Positions 16,830 to 26,218 of a stretch of DNA of 38,500 nt are shown here, piece by piece; within the stretch, counting starts at the first letter, position 1, and every line of letters starts with the position of its first letter. The notes beneath the pieces were generated by a model. The model searched no databases, was not told the origin of the DNA, and worked only from the letters and a program-made list of their open reading frames with translations. The stretch lies in assembly GCA_035539875.1 (NCBI GenBank), contig DATLHN010000252.1, positions 1 to 38,500 on the forward strand. The letters are read 5' to 3'. The position numbers were made by a program, and so were the translations under genes. The DNA comes from Armatimonadaceae bacterium (GTDB lineage Bacteria; Armatimonadota; Armatimonadia; Armatimonadales; Armatimonadaceae).

Positions 16830-16928
16830 GGCAGGCGGCTCCTCCGGCAGGCGGGATACAAATGACGTACGCCGCGCGGGTGGCCGGCGCGGCGCGTCGT
16901 GAGGATTATACCCGCCCCGCGCGGGAGG

Positions 16929-17330
16929 CTACCGACGGCGGCGGAGGGCGTAGATAAGGCAGGCCGCGGCGAGGACGCCCTGCGGCCAGGCGGAGCCTAC
17001 TTTCGGGGCGTGGTACTTGCCCCCGCCGACGTGGGTCGGGAAGACCAGTTTTTCCTGCGGGAGGAGTCCGGTCACGTAGGCCGCGTTCTCGAAGTCCGGG
17101 GTGATCCCGCCGACCGCGCCCCAGAACTCCGGAGACTTCACCCCGCAGCGCAGTGCGATCACGGCGAGCGTCACCGCCAGCAGCGGGGCCTCCGTCTTCG
17201 GGTCGAAGTCCTTGTGGGGAACGAGGTCGCCGAGCAGGTGCGTCGCCACCCCGGCGGCGAAGCCGGTGGAGCGCCGCCCCGCGAGTCTGCCGACCGCCGC
17301 ACCGATAGCCGCGTGGACCGCGCAGATCAC
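16929..17330 (-). CDS. small membrane protein, possibly YdjM/DUF457-like metal-dependent hydrolase
   Basis: 133 aa and hydrophobic, with an HLLGDLVPHKD motif. It starts 4 nt after the transglycosylase stop, so it is likely co-transcribed. The family call is weak. Confidence 0.45.
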   Translation of the reverse strand: MICAVHAAIGAAVGRLAGRRSTGFAAGVATHLLGDLVPHKDFDPKTEAPLLAVTLAVIALRCGVKSPEFWGAVGGITPDFENAAYVTGLLPQEKLVFPTHVGGGKYHAPKVGSAWPQGVLAAACLIYALRRRR

Positions 17331-17334
17331 GGCG

Positions 17335-18522
17335 TCAGGCTCCCCCGCCGCCGTCCTCGCCGCCGCAGAGCGCCTTGTAGATGGCGGCGATCTTGCGGAC
17401 GTACTTCTGGGTCTCGCGATAAGGCGGGACTCCGCCGTACTTCTTCACGGCGCCCGGCCCGGCGTTGTAGGCCGCGAGGGCGAGGACGATCTGTTTCATG
17501 GTCAGGTTGTCCATCGCCGCGCCGCCGCTGTATTTGTCCAGGTGCGAGCGAAGCAGGTAGATCGAGCCCGCCAGGTTCTGCACCGGGTCGTAGGGATTCG
17601 AGAGCGGGATCTTCTGCTGGAGGTCGCGGAACGTCCCCGGCATGAGTTGTCCGAGGCCCATCGCCCCCGTGTGCGACGTGGAGCTGATGTCGAAGTCGGA
17701 CTCCGCGATGACCAGCGCGACGACGAGGCGCGGGTCGAGGTCCAGGTCCCCGGAGAAGCGCAGAATGGCCGCGGTGATGTCGTCGGCCTGCCGGTCGGTC
17801 AGCTTCCGGTTCCACCCCTGGATGAACCGCTTGTAGGCGGGGTACACGGACATCACCCCCTGTCCGAGGGAGGCGACGCCGGAAGCGCCCCCGCCCCGGA
17901 GCGAGGCGGCGGACCGGGAGGGCAGCGACCCGCGCGGCAGCGCCGCGACCCGCTGCGGGGCGGCGGAAGGCTTCTTCGCCTTGGACGCCGTGACGCGCTG
18001 CGTCCACTGCCTTTCCTTCTCGGTGATGTCGAGCGCGGAGGCGACGGCGACGACCTCCATCACCGGCACGCCGATCTCGACCGTGCCGGGCGCGCCGCCG
18101 GTGGCGACGATAAGCACTCGCAGCCGCTCGCCGGGCTGTACCCAGGAGGGAAGGCTGCTCATGGTCAGGGAGACGGTGCCGTTGGTGTCGGTCGCCAGCA
18201 TCAGCATCGCCTCGGCCTCGTCCCCGACGCCGGAGCGGACGACGCCCGAGAGCCGACCCTGGAGTTCCATGGTCATCCCGCGGTATTTCGCCGGGTTCCG
18301 CGCGAGGACGTCGAGATTCAGCCCGCGCTGCGGCGGGTACATGCGCCGGATGGCAAGATACTGCTCACTCGGCGAGGAGTGGTGGTAGCCCTCGGCGGCC
18401 TGCGCCCGCGCCGTGCCGCAGGGAACGAGGCAGCCGGCGAGGGCGGCAATTGCTGCGAGCGACACGACGGCCCGGCGAGCGGGCCCGCGGAAAGCCGAAT
18501 CAGTGGGAAAACCGGGGATCAA
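17335..18522 (-). CDS. lytic transglycosylase (SLT domain) with N-terminal unknown domain
   Basis: SLT motifs: VIAESDFDISSTSHTGAMGLGQLMPGT and AAYNAGPGAVKKYGG. The track ORF (to 18654) overlaps tRNA-Ser, so I trimmed the start to the TTG at 18522, which has GGGAGG 8 nt upstream. A GTG giving MSLAAIAALAGC (lipobox-like) is an alternative start. Confidence 0.75.
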   Translation of the reverse strand: MIPGFPTDSAFRGPARRAVVSLAAIAALAGCLVPCGTARAQAAEGYHHSSPSEQYLAIRRMYPPQRGLNLDVLARNPAKYRGMTMELQGRLSGVVRSGVGDEAEAMLMLATDTNGTVSLTMSSLPSWVQPGERLRVLIVATGGAPGTVEIGVPVMEVVAVASALDITEKERQWTQRVTASKAKKPSAAPQRVAALPRGSLPSRSAASLRGGGASGVASLGQGVMSVYPAYKRFIQGWNRKLTDRQADDITAAILRFSGDLDLDPRLVVALVIAESDFDISSTSHTGAMGLGQLMPGTFRDLQQKIPLSNPYDPVQNLAGSIYLLRSHLDKYSGGAAMDNLTMKQIVLALAAYNAGPGAVKKYGGVPPYRETQKYVRKIAAIYKALCGGEDGGGGA

Positions 18523-18577
18523 GGCGAGAACCTCCCGTCCTATGTGCGGGGCGGGCGGCGGTTCGCCGCCGGGGAAA

Positions 18578-18668
18578 CGGAGAGATCGGGATTCGAACCC
18601 GAGGTAGGGGCATTCACCACTACAACCGCTTAGCAGGCGGCCGCTTTCGTCCACTCAGCCATCTCTCC
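18578..18668 (-). tRNA. tRNA-Ser (anticodon GCU)
   Basis: Minus strand: GGAGAGA acceptor stem, 3-bp D stem, anticodon stem GCCGC/GCGGU with loop CUGCUAA, long variable arm, T arm TCGGG-TTCGAAT-CCCGA, 3' TCTCTCC plus G. CCA is not encoded. Confidence 0.9.
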
Positions 18669-18681
18669 ACGAAACACCCCG

Positions 18682-18710
18682 ATTGTAGCATAAGCATCGG
18701 CAAAAAGCAA
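18682..18710 (-). promoter_or_regulatory. candidate promoter for tRNA-Ser
   Basis: On the minus strand: TTGCTT (18705-18710), a 17-nt spacer, then TACAAT (18682-18687) preceded by TGc (extended -10). It lies 13 nt upstream of the tRNA 5' end. Confidence 0.5.
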
Positions 18711-18875
18711 CGGAATCCGCACCGTTCCGGCCCTCTTAGACCCGTGATCGGGTGCGCCCCTTCGGACGGGTTTCCCCAGCGCGGGGTATCAAGTGCGAAC
18801 ATTCCCGGCCCTTTACCGTACAATAGTGCGGTGGGGCGGGTCAGCCCCGCGCAAAATTCCTCAGGAGGGAAACTA

Positions 18876-19526
18876 TTGAACGATAAGCGCAAGCAGGTAA
18901 CGCTCGTCGCTTCCGCCCTGGCGCTTTGCGCCGTCGCGGGCGGGGCGGCGTTCGGCCTGGCGCGTCGTGCCGACGCGCGTCAGGACGCGGCAAAACCGGC
19001 GGCCGCTGCCGCCAAGGCGCCCGAAGTCGCCGAGATGGACAAGCCCATCCGGGACTTCGCCTTCCGCAACATTTTGGCGGAGGGCGAGAAGAACAAGACC
19101 GTCAAGTTCTCCGACTATAAGGGGAAGAAGGCGGTCGTGGCCATGTTCATGGCCAACCGGTGCGGCACCACGTGGACGTACGAGAAGAAGATCGGCGACC
19201 TGCTCAAGGACTACAAGAGCAAGGACGTCGCCTTCGTGGCGGTCCACAGCAACTTCACCGAGAGCGACGACGAGATCAAGGGGCAGCTGGAGCAGCGCAA
19301 TATCGACATCCCGCTCCTCGACGACAAGAAGGACCAGGCGTTCGCCAGCTACATCGGCGCGACGAACACCCCGACCTTCGTCGTGATCGACAAGAAGGGC
19401 GTCCTGCGCTACAAGGGCTCGTTCGACATGCGGCGCGACGAGACCAAGACCTACGTCCGCACCGCCCTCGATGCGGCCCTCGCAAATAAACCCGTGGAGG
19501 TCAAGGCCACCCGGGCCTTTGGGTGA
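18876..19526 (+). CDS. thioredoxin-fold (redoxin/TlpA-like) protein with a single active-site Cys, membrane-anchored or secreted
   Basis: Start trimmed to the TTG at 18876, with AGGAGGGA upstream. The N-terminal hydrophobic segment is VTLVASALALCAVAGGAAFGLA. The redoxin-like core is KAVVAMFMANRCGTTWTYEKK, where CGTT replaces CxxC. PTFVVIDKKGVLRYKG is also present. Confidence 0.75.
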   Translation: MNDKRKQVTLVASALALCAVAGGAAFGLARRADARQDAAKPAAAAAKAPEVAEMDKPIRDFAFRNILAEGEKNKTVKFSDYKGKKAVVAMFMANRCGTTWTYEKKIGDLLKDYKSKDVAFVAVHSNFTESDDEIKGQLEQRNIDIPLLDDKKDQAFASYIGATNTPTFVVIDKKGVLRYKGSFDMRRDETKTYVRTALDAALANKPVEVKATRAFG

Positions 19527-19578
19527 GGGATCCCCCGTCTGGCGCGTGTCGCCAGATAATCCCTCCTGACGGTGAGAC

Positions 19579-19625
19579 GGGCGGCGCGTGAGTCCCTGCT
19601 GGGAACCCCGCGCCGCCCGTTTTCC
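19579..19625 (+). terminator. rho-independent terminator after the redoxin gene
   Basis: gggcggcgcg (19579-19588) pairs with cgcgccgccc (19609-19618), followed by GTTTTCC. Confidence 0.7.
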
Positions 19626-19653
19626 GTTCCTGTGGTAGAACGGAACAGCGCCC

Positions 19654-21480
19654 ATGAACCCTTCCCGAACCCCGCTCCTCGCCGCCGCGGCCCTCCCCGC
19701 CGTGCTCCTGGCCGTCGCCTACGCCGCGCCGCAGCGGCAGGCCGCCTCCCCCACGCCCCAGGCAGCATCGCTACCCACGGCCGAAACTGACCGCTCGCCC
19801 ACCGACGTCGCCCTCTCCCCGGACGGGCGTCTCGCGCTGACGGCCAACCGGACGTCCGGGACCGTCTCGCTGGTGGACCTTTCGGCGAAGAAGGTAGTTT
19901 CGGAGACCCGGGTAGGCGACGAGCCGTTCGCGGTCGCCTTCGCGGCGGGCGGAAAGCGCGCGGTCGTCACGAACACGGGCGGTGACACGCTCACGCTGCT
20001 CGACGTCACCCCGGCGGGCGGCCGGGTGACCGCCACCGTGGCCGTGGGCGACGAGCCGCGCGGCGTGGTGCTGGCGAAGGACGGGCGGACCGCCTACGTC
20101 GCGCTCGGCGGCGAGGACTCCGTCGCTGTGGTCGATCTGACAGCCCGGAAGGTGGCGAAGCGCTGGAAGGCGGGCCTGGAGCCGTGGCACGTCGCGCTGA
20201 CCCCGGACGGCGCGCGCCTGGTCGTGGGCAACACGCGCGACCGCAACGTCGCGGTGCTGGAGACGGCGACCGGGGCGGAGGCGCACACGGTGCGCGCCCT
20301 GTGCCGGAACCTGCGCCAGATCGCCGTCTCTCCGGACGGTAAATGGGCGTACCTTCCCGGCATAACCGAGCGCGGAATGCCCGCCACGAAGGACAACATC
20401 GACCGGGGCTGGGTCGTCGGCAACCGCCTTCTGCGCGTCCCGCTGACCGAGGGCGGTCCCCGGGAGGCGATCACGCTCGACACGCAGGGCAACGCTGTGG
20501 GCGACGTCGAGGGAACTGCGCTGAGTCCCGACGGCGCGACGCTCGCGCTGGCGGCGGGCGGCACGCACGAACTGCTGCTGCTGCGCGAAGCCGGGAAGCT
20601 CCCGTTCGAATCCTACGGCGGGCCGGGCGACCACATCGCCCCGGAGCTTCTGCGCGACGCCCGCCGCTTCCAGAGGGTGCCGCTCGGCGGGCGGCCCGTC
20701 GGCGCGCGCTTCACCCCGGACGGCAGGAGCGTCGTCGTCGCGAACTACCTGGGCAACAGCGTCCAGGTCGTGGACGCGGCGACCGGGACCCTTTCCGCGA
20801 CGATCCCGCTCGGCGGCCCGAAGCAGCCGTCGCTCGCCCGCCGCGGCGAGGCGATCTTCCACGACGCCGGGCGCTCGTTCAACCAGTGGTACTCCTGCGC
20901 TTCCTGCCACACCGAGGGACACACGAACGGCGGGAACTTCGACACGTTCAACGACGGGTCGTACGGCAAGCCGAAGAAGACGCTGAGCCTGCGCGGCGTC
21001 GCGAAAACCGGGCCGTACACCTGGCACGGCTGGCAGAAGGACCTGGGCCAATCGGTGCGTGAGTCCATGGTCAAATCCATGCAGGGACCCGCCGCCCCGA
21101 GTGACGAGGACGTCGCCGCGATCGTGGCGTACCTTGGCACGCTGGAGGTGCCGAAATCCCCCTTTCCCGTTACCGAGCAGACGCGGCGCGGCGAAAGGCT
21201 GTTTTCGGACCGCGGGTGCGCCGCCTGCCACGGCGGCCCGCAGTACGCCACCCCGATCGTCGCGCGTGTCGGGCTGGAATCCCCGACCGACGCCTACCCC
21301 GGCTTCAATCCCCCGTCCCTGCGCGGCGTCCGAACCCGCGCTCCGTACCTGCACGACGGCCGCGCCCGGACACTCGAAGAGGTACTGACGGAGCATCACA
21401 CGCCGCAGCAGCTGGGTGGAAAGCCGAACCTGACGGCGCAGGAGCTCGCGGACGTCGTCGCGTTCCTTCGGACGCTCTGA
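19654..21480 (+). CDS. beta-propeller (YVTN/YncE-like repeats) fused to a di-haem cytochrome c peroxidase (CCP/MauG) domain
   Basis: Signal peptide: LLAAAALPAVLLAVAYA. Repeats of the form SPDGR...ANRTSGTVSLVD, then VTNTGGDTLTLLD and so on. Two CxxCH motifs (CASCH, CAACH) and PSLRGVRTRAPYLHDGRARTLEEV are typical of the CCP family. Confidence 0.8.
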   Translation: MNPSRTPLLAAAALPAVLLAVAYAAPQRQAASPTPQAASLPTAETDRSPTDVALSPDGRLALTANRTSGTVSLVDLSAKKVVSETRVGDEPFAVAFAAGGKRAVVTNTGGDTLTLLDVTPAGGRVTATVAVGDEPRGVVLAKDGRTAYVALGGEDSVAVVDLTARKVAKRWKAGLEPWHVALTPDGARLVVGNTRDRNVAVLETATGAEAHTVRALCRNLRQIAVSPDGKWAYLPGITERGMPATKDNIDRGWVVGNRLLRVPLTEGGPREAITLDTQGNAVGDVEGTALSPDGATLALAAGGTHELLLLREAGKLPFESYGGPGDHIAPELLRDARRFQRVPLGGRPVGARFTPDGRSVVVANYLGNSVQVVDAATGTLSATIPLGGPKQPSLARRGEAIFHDAGRSFNQWYSCASCHTEGHTNGGNFDTFNDGSYGKPKKTLSLRGVAKTGPYTWHGWQKDLGQSVRESMVKSMQGPAAPSDEDVAAIVAYLGTLEVPKSPFPVTEQTRRGERLFSDRGCAACHGGPQYATPIVARVGLESPTDAYPGFNPPSLRGVRTRAPYLHDGRARTLEEVLTEHHTPQQLGGKPNLTAQELADVVAFLRTL

Positions 21481-21568
21481 CGCGGGTGCGCGTAATTACG
21501 AGCCGGAAGCGGGTAAGCCGTACTTAGAGTCTTCTCCGCCGGGACGTTTACGGGAAGGGACGCCTGAC

Positions 21569-22003
21569 TTGATCCGGTTTTACACGCCGTACGCCAATCT
21601 GACGACCTTCGAGGCTTGGGGCAACGTCACCCTTCACTTCTTCGTTCCCGGGCGGGCGGAGCCGGTCGCGCCGTACCCGGAGACGATTCTGGGTTACGAG
21701 CACCTGTCCGAGGCACAGAAGGCGGACGCCGAAGCCGCCATCGGCGAGTTGTTCACCGAGGAGGAGTTCCGCGCATTCCGCGACCTGATGCAGGGCACCT
21801 ACGGGGAGGACATCCGGACCGGCATGCTCTTCTCCCCGGTCAACATCCTCAAGCCGGGCAACGAACTAGGTCTCGGTCTGACGCGGCCCTTCGCGCGGCG
21901 CGTCGAGGGCGAGGGCGGTGGCTTCTTCCGCCTTTCGGAAGCGGTCGACGACTGGCCCCTCCCCTTCAAGGTATGGGGCTACTACACTACGCCTGCGCGC
22001 TAA
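21569..22003 (+). CDS. hypothetical protein (no recognisable family)
   Basis: 144 codons from a TTG start, with GGGAAGGGA upstream. High GC3 and balanced composition, including Trp/Tyr/Phe, support coding. No signal peptide or TM segment. Confidence 0.55.
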   Translation: MIRFYTPYANLTTFEAWGNVTLHFFVPGRAEPVAPYPETILGYEHLSEAQKADAEAAIGELFTEEEFRAFRDLMQGTYGEDIRTGMLFSPVNILKPGNELGLGLTRPFARRVEGEGGGFFRLSEAVDDWPLPFKVWGYYTTPAR

Positions 22004-22023
22004 GGGAAGTCCGGGCAGGCGGG

Positions 22024-23853
22024 CTACCCCGCGGCCGATACCAGGGCTTCGAGCCGGTCCACGTACCCGGCCATGACGGCGAACGCCTTTTCCACCGGTT
22101 CCGGGGATGCGAGGTCGACGCCCGCGTCGCGCAGGGCATCCAGCGGGTACTTCGAGCCGCCCGCGCGCAGGAAGCCGAGGTAGTCTTCCACGGCATTTTC
22201 CTTACCCGACAGCACCCGCTCGGCCAGAGCGTGCGCGCCGCTGATGCCGGTGGCGTACTGGAAGACGTAGAAGTTCGCGTAGAGGTGGGTCGAGAACTGC
22301 ATCCAGGTCGAGCCGACCCGGTTCCGGTCGATCTCCACGTCGGGGCCGAACCCCTCGGCGAAGAGGTCCGCCATGCGGTCCGTCAGCGTGGCGGCGGTCA
22401 GCGCCTCGCCGCGCCACACCCGCTCGTGCATCTCCTGCTCGAAGCGCGCGAGGGTCGGCATCACGAAGAAGTACCGGTGGAAGTTGCTCATCGCCTCCTC
22501 CAGCAGGGCGATCTCGAACGCCCGGTCCCCGCGAAACTTCTCCAGCAGGTGCGCGCGCACGACCGCCTGGTTGAAGTTCGAAGCCACCTCCGCGGCGAAG
22601 AGGCCGTAGCGGGCGTACACGAACGGCTGCGCCCGCCACGAAAGGTAGGAGTGCATCGAGTGGCCCAGCTCGTGCGCGAGCGTGGAGAGCGAGAGAAGGT
22701 CGTCGTTGTAGGACATCAGGATGAACGGGTTCGTGCCCGGCGTCCCCGACGAGAACGCGCCCATTCGCTTGCCGCGGTTCGGCGCGCGGTCCACCCAGCG
22801 GGCCTCCGACGCGCCGCGGCGCATCGCCTCGACGTACTCCGGCCCGAGGGGGGCCATGCCGTCGGCGATCCACGCAACCGCCTGTTCGTAGGGCACGGCG
22901 GCGGGCGCGTCGCCCCCGAGCGGCGCCTTGACGTCGTACGGGGCGATCGTCTCCAGACCGAGCGCGCGGCGGCGCAGCCCCCAATAGCGGTGCCACGTCG
23001 GAAGGTGACGCCGGAACGTTTCCAGCAGCGCGCGGAAGACCTCGACGGGGATGTGGTTCGGCGCGAGCGCGGCGTGGAGCGCCGACTCGTAGCCGCGCGC
23101 CCGCGCCAAGAAGACGTTCTGCTTGACGCCCGCCGACAGGCAGGCGGCGAGCGTGTTCCGGTGCGCCAGGTGCGCGTCGGCGTAGCTCTCCCAGGCCGAC
23201 CGGCGCACGGCCCGGTCAGGGTCGGACGTCAGTTTGTTGATGCTGCCCTGCTGGACGTCGTACTCCGCGCCGTCCGCGCCGACCGCCGGTGCGAACGTCA
23301 GGTCCGTGTTCGTCAGCGTGCCGTGTATCCCGGCGGCGGTGGCGAACGGGTCGGCGGCCTGCTTCAGGAGGGCCTCGACCTCGGCGGAGCGGACGTGCGG
23401 GGCGCGGCGCGCGAGCGTGTCGAAGTAGTGCCGGTAGGTCGCGAGAGGCGGGTGCTCCGCGGCCCACTGCCCCAGGGTCTCCGGCCCGACGGCCAGGAGT
23501 TCCGGCTCGGCGAAGGCGAGCGCGGCCTGCACCCGCGCCGACAGGCCCCGCGCCCGGTCGGCCCGCGCCTGCGCCTCCATGTCCAGCGTGTCCACGGCGT
23601 AGTTCAGGTTGGCGTAGACGAAGACCATGCCCAGAAGCGCGGAAAGCTCCTCCGCCGCGGCGAAGTAGCCGGCGAGCGCGTCCGGCCCCTCGGCGAGCCG
23701 CCCGGCGTAGGCCGCGACCGCGGGCAGCCCCTCCTCGACGCGGGCGAAGGCCGCCTCCCACGCTTCCGGCGACGCGAATATGCTGTCGGTGTCCCAGGTG
23801 GCTTCGCGGGGGACGTCGGCGCGGGCGGGAACGGCGGTGCGCAGGGCGGTCAT
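22024..23853 (-). CDS. pepF: oligoendopeptidase F (M3B family)
   Basis: Start trimmed to the ATG at 23853 ([26 protein letters not shown]), 8 nt after the upstream stop. The GAGGAG RBS lies within the upstream 3' end. [10 protein letters not shown] is the zinc motif. The longer track ORF (to 24663) reads through the upstream gene. Confidence 0.9.
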   Translation of the reverse strand: MTALRTAVPARADVPREATWDTDSIFASPEAWEAAFARVEEGLPAVAAYAGRLAEGPDALAGYFAAAEELSALLGMVFVYANLNYAVDTLDMEAQARADRARGLSARVQAALAFAEPELLAVGPETLGQWAAEHPPLATYRHYFDTLARRAPHVRSAEVEALLKQAADPFATAAGIHGTLTNTDLTFAPAVGADGAEYDVQQGSINKLTSDPDRAVRRSAWESYADAHLAHRNTLAACLSAGVKQNVFLARARGYESALHAALAPNHIPVEVFRALLETFRRHLPTWHRYWGLRRRALGLETIAPYDVKAPLGGDAPAAVPYEQAVAWIADGMAPLGPEYVEAMRRGASEARWVDRAPNRGKRMGAFSSGTPGTNPFILMSYNDDLLSLSTLAHELGHSMHSYLSWRAQPFVYARYGLFAAEVASNFNQAVVRAHLLEKFRGDRAFEIALLEEAMSNFHRYFFVMPTLARFEQEMHERVWRGEALTAATLTDRMADLFAEGFGPDVEIDRNRVGSTWMQFSTHLYANFYVFQYATGISGAHALAERVLSGKENAVEDYLGFLRAGGSKYPLDALRDAGVDLASPEPVEKAFAVMAGYVDRLEALVSAAG

Positions 23854-23861
23854 CTTTCGGG

Positions 23862-25274
23862 TTACTCCTCGACGGTCAGGGTGAAACGGGCGACGGACCG
23901 GCCGCGATTCCGGTCCCAGAGGTACAGGGCCATCGGCGCTTTCGCGCCCGGTTTCGCCGCCTCCGGCACGCGGAGCGTGAACCCCGCCTTCACCGGGACG
24001 TTGCGGTATTCGCTGGTGACGACGACGTCGGGCGACTCGCTCACCAGCACGGCGTAGGCGCACTCGCCCGCGATGCGCGGCGCGTAGGAGACCGTCGAAC
24101 CCGGGCGGAGCTTCGCGCCGCCCTCCACGCTCCCCCCCAGCAGGGACGCCGTTCCCGGCCGGGCGGCGGGCATCTCGCCGCCGACCTCCAGGAAGTGCAG
24201 GAGCGGCTCGCGGACGTTTTTCGCGTATTCCGCCTCGATCTCCTTGACCGGCGGGTAGCGCGCGTCCAGGCCGACCTCGAAGTTCAGCGAGTACACGCCC
24301 CGGGTGTAGAACGCCCAGGTGTAGGTCAGGCCCGTGTTGCTGGTGCGCGTCCCCGGCCGCGGCTCGGAGTCGGGCTCGCTCTTCGTGATCCGGTAGGGCT
24401 TGTCCTTCTGGCGGTCGCGCATGCCGCCCGCGAGTCGGGAGAAGCGCGCGTGCTCCGGCCCGATCAGGTGCGCGGGAAAGAGGATGCAGCGCAGCGGGCT
24501 GTGGATGTCCAGGAACGCCCTCAGGTTCGGGCGACTTTCGATGAACTTCGCGAGGGCGGCCGTCTCCGGCTCCGAAAGCGGCGCCCTCCCCTCGTAGATG
24601 CTGCCGCTCGGGTTGACAGTGGTGGTACGCCAGAGCGGGTCCGGGTCCCGGAAGCCGCCCCACCGCACCGGGAAGTTACGGTTGAGGTCGACGCCGACCG
24701 CCTTTCCCGCGGGATGGGCGCGCCGGTTCTTGCGCCAGTCCGCGCCTTTGTCCTTCCCGTTGCCGCGCTTCATGTCGTACACCTTGCCGTCCACGTTCAG
24801 CATCGGGATGACCCAGACCTGCCGCTCCCGCAGGATGCGCGTCAGGCGCTCGTCCTTGCCGTAACCGGCGAGCAGCTCGTCCACAAGGCGATAAAGGCAG
24901 ACCTGCGGCTGCTGTTCCCGCGGGTGTATTCCCGCCATCAGCAGGACCTCGGGCTCGGCGGCATCGCTCTCCGGGTCGGCGTTGTCGCACAGGCGCAGGA
25001 GCGGGATGTCCCGCCCCTCCACCGTCTTGCCGAGGCTACCGACGTGAACGAGCGCGGGATACCGGGCGCGCCACCCCGCGATCTTTTCCATGACTTCGGG
25101 CCACGTGTAGTACCCGCCGTAGTCCCCGTTCGGGGCGTCCGCCGCCGCCGTCGGCGACTGGGCGGCGGGATTGGCGGGCGGCGCGACGGCCGTGAGCGAA
25201 AGCAGCGCGGCAGCCCCCGCGAGCGCGAGACGGACGCCCGCCCATGCCACTCCCTTACTGATTCGGACAGCCAA
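23862..25274 (-). CDS. secreted M14 family zinc carboxypeptidase with C-terminal beta-sandwich-like extension
   Basis: Signal peptide: [39 protein letters not shown] is the HxxE zinc motif, and FLDIHS carries the third ligand His. The start is a TTG at 25274 and is uncertain. Confidence 0.8.
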   Translation of the reverse strand: MAVRISKGVAWAGVRLALAGAAALLSLTAVAPPANPAAQSPTAAADAPNGDYGGYYTWPEVMEKIAGWRARYPALVHVGSLGKTVEGRDIPLLRLCDNADPESDAAEPEVLLMAGIHPREQQPQVCLYRLVDELLAGYGKDERLTRILRERQVWVIPMLNVDGKVYDMKRGNGKDKGADWRKNRRAHPAGKAVGVDLNRNFPVRWGGFRDPDPLWRTTTVNPSGSIYEGRAPLSEPETAALAKFIESRPNLRAFLDIHSPLRCILFPAHLIGPEHARFSRLAGGMRDRQKDKPYRITKSEPDSEPRPGTRTSNTGLTYTWAFYTRGVYSLNFEVGLDARYPPVKEIEAEYAKNVREPLLHFLEVGGEMPAARPGTASLLGGSVEGGAKLRPGSTVSYAPRIAGECAYAVLVSESPDVVVTSEYRNVPVKAGFTLRVPEAAKPGAKAPMALYLWDRNRGRSVARFTLTVEE

Positions 25275-26130
25275 AGGTCGGCTCCAGACACGGGGACCAG
25301 TACTGCGAGTAACCCGCCGGGCGGTACGACTCCTCGGGCTGGCCGGGCAGCTTGTAGAAGCTCTCTACCTTTGCCGACTTGGCGTGACCGTCGGCCCAGA
25401 GGACGTTCACCCGCTGCTGATGGCGCGCGAGCGGCGAGCCGTAGTCCGCGAAGTTTATGACCGGGGCCGACCCGGCGTGTACCAGCAGGTAGGGCAGGCG
25501 GCGGTTCGTGTCCGGCATGCCCGCGACGGCGGAGGCGCTTACCTTCGCCTTCCAGTCGGCGGGGTTGACGCCCTGGAGCGGCTGACTCGCGCCATCCACG
25601 AGCATCACGGTGGAGGCTGCCTTGACGGTCTCAGGCAGCGTAGTGCCGGGAATGCCGGTGGGCGAGAAGTTGCCGCCGAGGAAGTAGTTATAGGCGTAGG
25701 TCACCGGGAAGCGGGCCTCGGGAGTGTCGCCCGTGCCCGGCGTGTTTCCGACCTCGCCCGGATCGCTGCTCGGGCAGACGAAGAGCTGGACGTTGCGGAC
25801 GTAGGGCTGCACGATGCGCGGCCACGAGGCGGGCGTCGAGCTTGCGGAGAAGGAGCCGGTGGCGGACTGATAGAAGCTGATGGGGTAGCTTTCGTCGAAA
25901 TCCTGAACGTACTGGAGGACGGCCAGTCCGATCTGCTTCAAGTTGGACAGGCAGGCGGTCTGCCGCGCCTTCTCCCGTGCCTGGGCGAATACGGGGAAGA
26001 GGATGGCGGCCAGGATCGCGATAATCGCTATCACGACGAGAAGCTCGATTAGGGTGAAAGCCGGGTGCCGACCGGGCGTCTTCCCCCGGGTTAGGGCGGG
26101 GCGTTGCGCGCGGTCGAAGCCGAAGGGCAT
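25255..26130 (-). CDS. prepilin-type N-terminal cleavage/methylation domain protein, H-X9-DG (DUF1559-like) family
   Basis: Basic leader, then [45 protein letters not shown]. The C-terminal [13 protein letters not shown] matches H-x9-DG. AGGAG RBS lies upstream. Confidence 0.85.
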   Translation of the reverse strand: MPFGFDRAQRPALTRGKTPGRHPAFTLIELLVVIAIIAILAAILFPVFAQAREKARQTACLSNLKQIGLAVLQYVQDFDESYPISFYQSATGSFSASSTPASWPRIVQPYVRNVQLFVCPSSDPGEVGNTPGTGDTPEARFPVTYAYNYFLGGNFSPTGIPGTTLPETVKAASTVMLVDGASQPLQGVNPADWKAKVSASAVAGMPDTNRRLPYLLVHAGSAPVINFADYGSPLARHQQRVNVLWADGHAKSAKVESFYKLPGQPEESYRPAGYSQYWSPCLEPTFGCPNQ

Positions 26131-26160
26131 TGGCGGTGTGCTCCTGTTTTCGGAAAGCGG

Positions 26161-26186
26161 ATAAGGCGTCCCGTAAGACGCCTTAT
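26161..26186 (-). terminator. perfect 10-bp hairpin downstream of the DUF1343 gene
   Basis: ataaggcgtc (26161-26170) pairs with gacgccttat (26177-26186) around a 6-nt loop. On the minus strand CCGCTTTCC follows. Confidence 0.55.
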
Positions 26187-26218
26187 TGTATCGTGCGGTC
26201 GGCGCTCAACGCGCGGGT

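Noticed and set aside
16830-16928. M-box (Mg2+) riboswitch upstream of mgtE.
   Set aside because: The upstream intergenic region is only about 99 nt. It mostly forms a GC hairpin that looks like the terminator of the preceding gene. That is too short for an M-box, and I recognise no conserved M-box segments.
18523-18654. N-terminal extension of the lytic transglycosylase ORF (track start 18654).
   Set aside because: It overlaps the same-strand tRNA-Ser gene (18578-18668). A TTG with a GGGAGG RBS at 18522 gives a sensible signal-peptide-like N-terminus.
18725-18815. Imperfect direct repeat TTCCGGCCCTCTTA (18725-18738) and TTCCCGGCCCTTTA (18802-18815) in the tRNA-redoxin intergenic region.
   Set aside because: The repeat is short, GC-rich and needs an indel in each copy. 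It cannot be distinguished from chance without comparative data.
18450-18875. Upstream extension of the redoxin ORF. The analogous extensions of gene B (28405-28764) and lysS (32638-32697) are treated the same way.
   Set aside because: The extensions cross the tRNA gene, the preceding gene or promoter-like sequence. Downstream starts with RBSs give proper N-termini.
17335-19526. Genomic island or integration event at tRNA-Ser.
   Set aside because: No integrase, no direct repeat of the tRNA 3' end and no compositional shift are visible. The flanking genes are ordinary envelope and redox genes.
23854-24663. N-terminal extension of the pepF ORF to 879 aa.
   Set aside because: The extension reads through the 3' half of the M14 carboxypeptidase gene in another frame and is Arg/Pro/Gly-rich. 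The internal ATG at 23853 gives a normal PepF N-terminus with an RBS.
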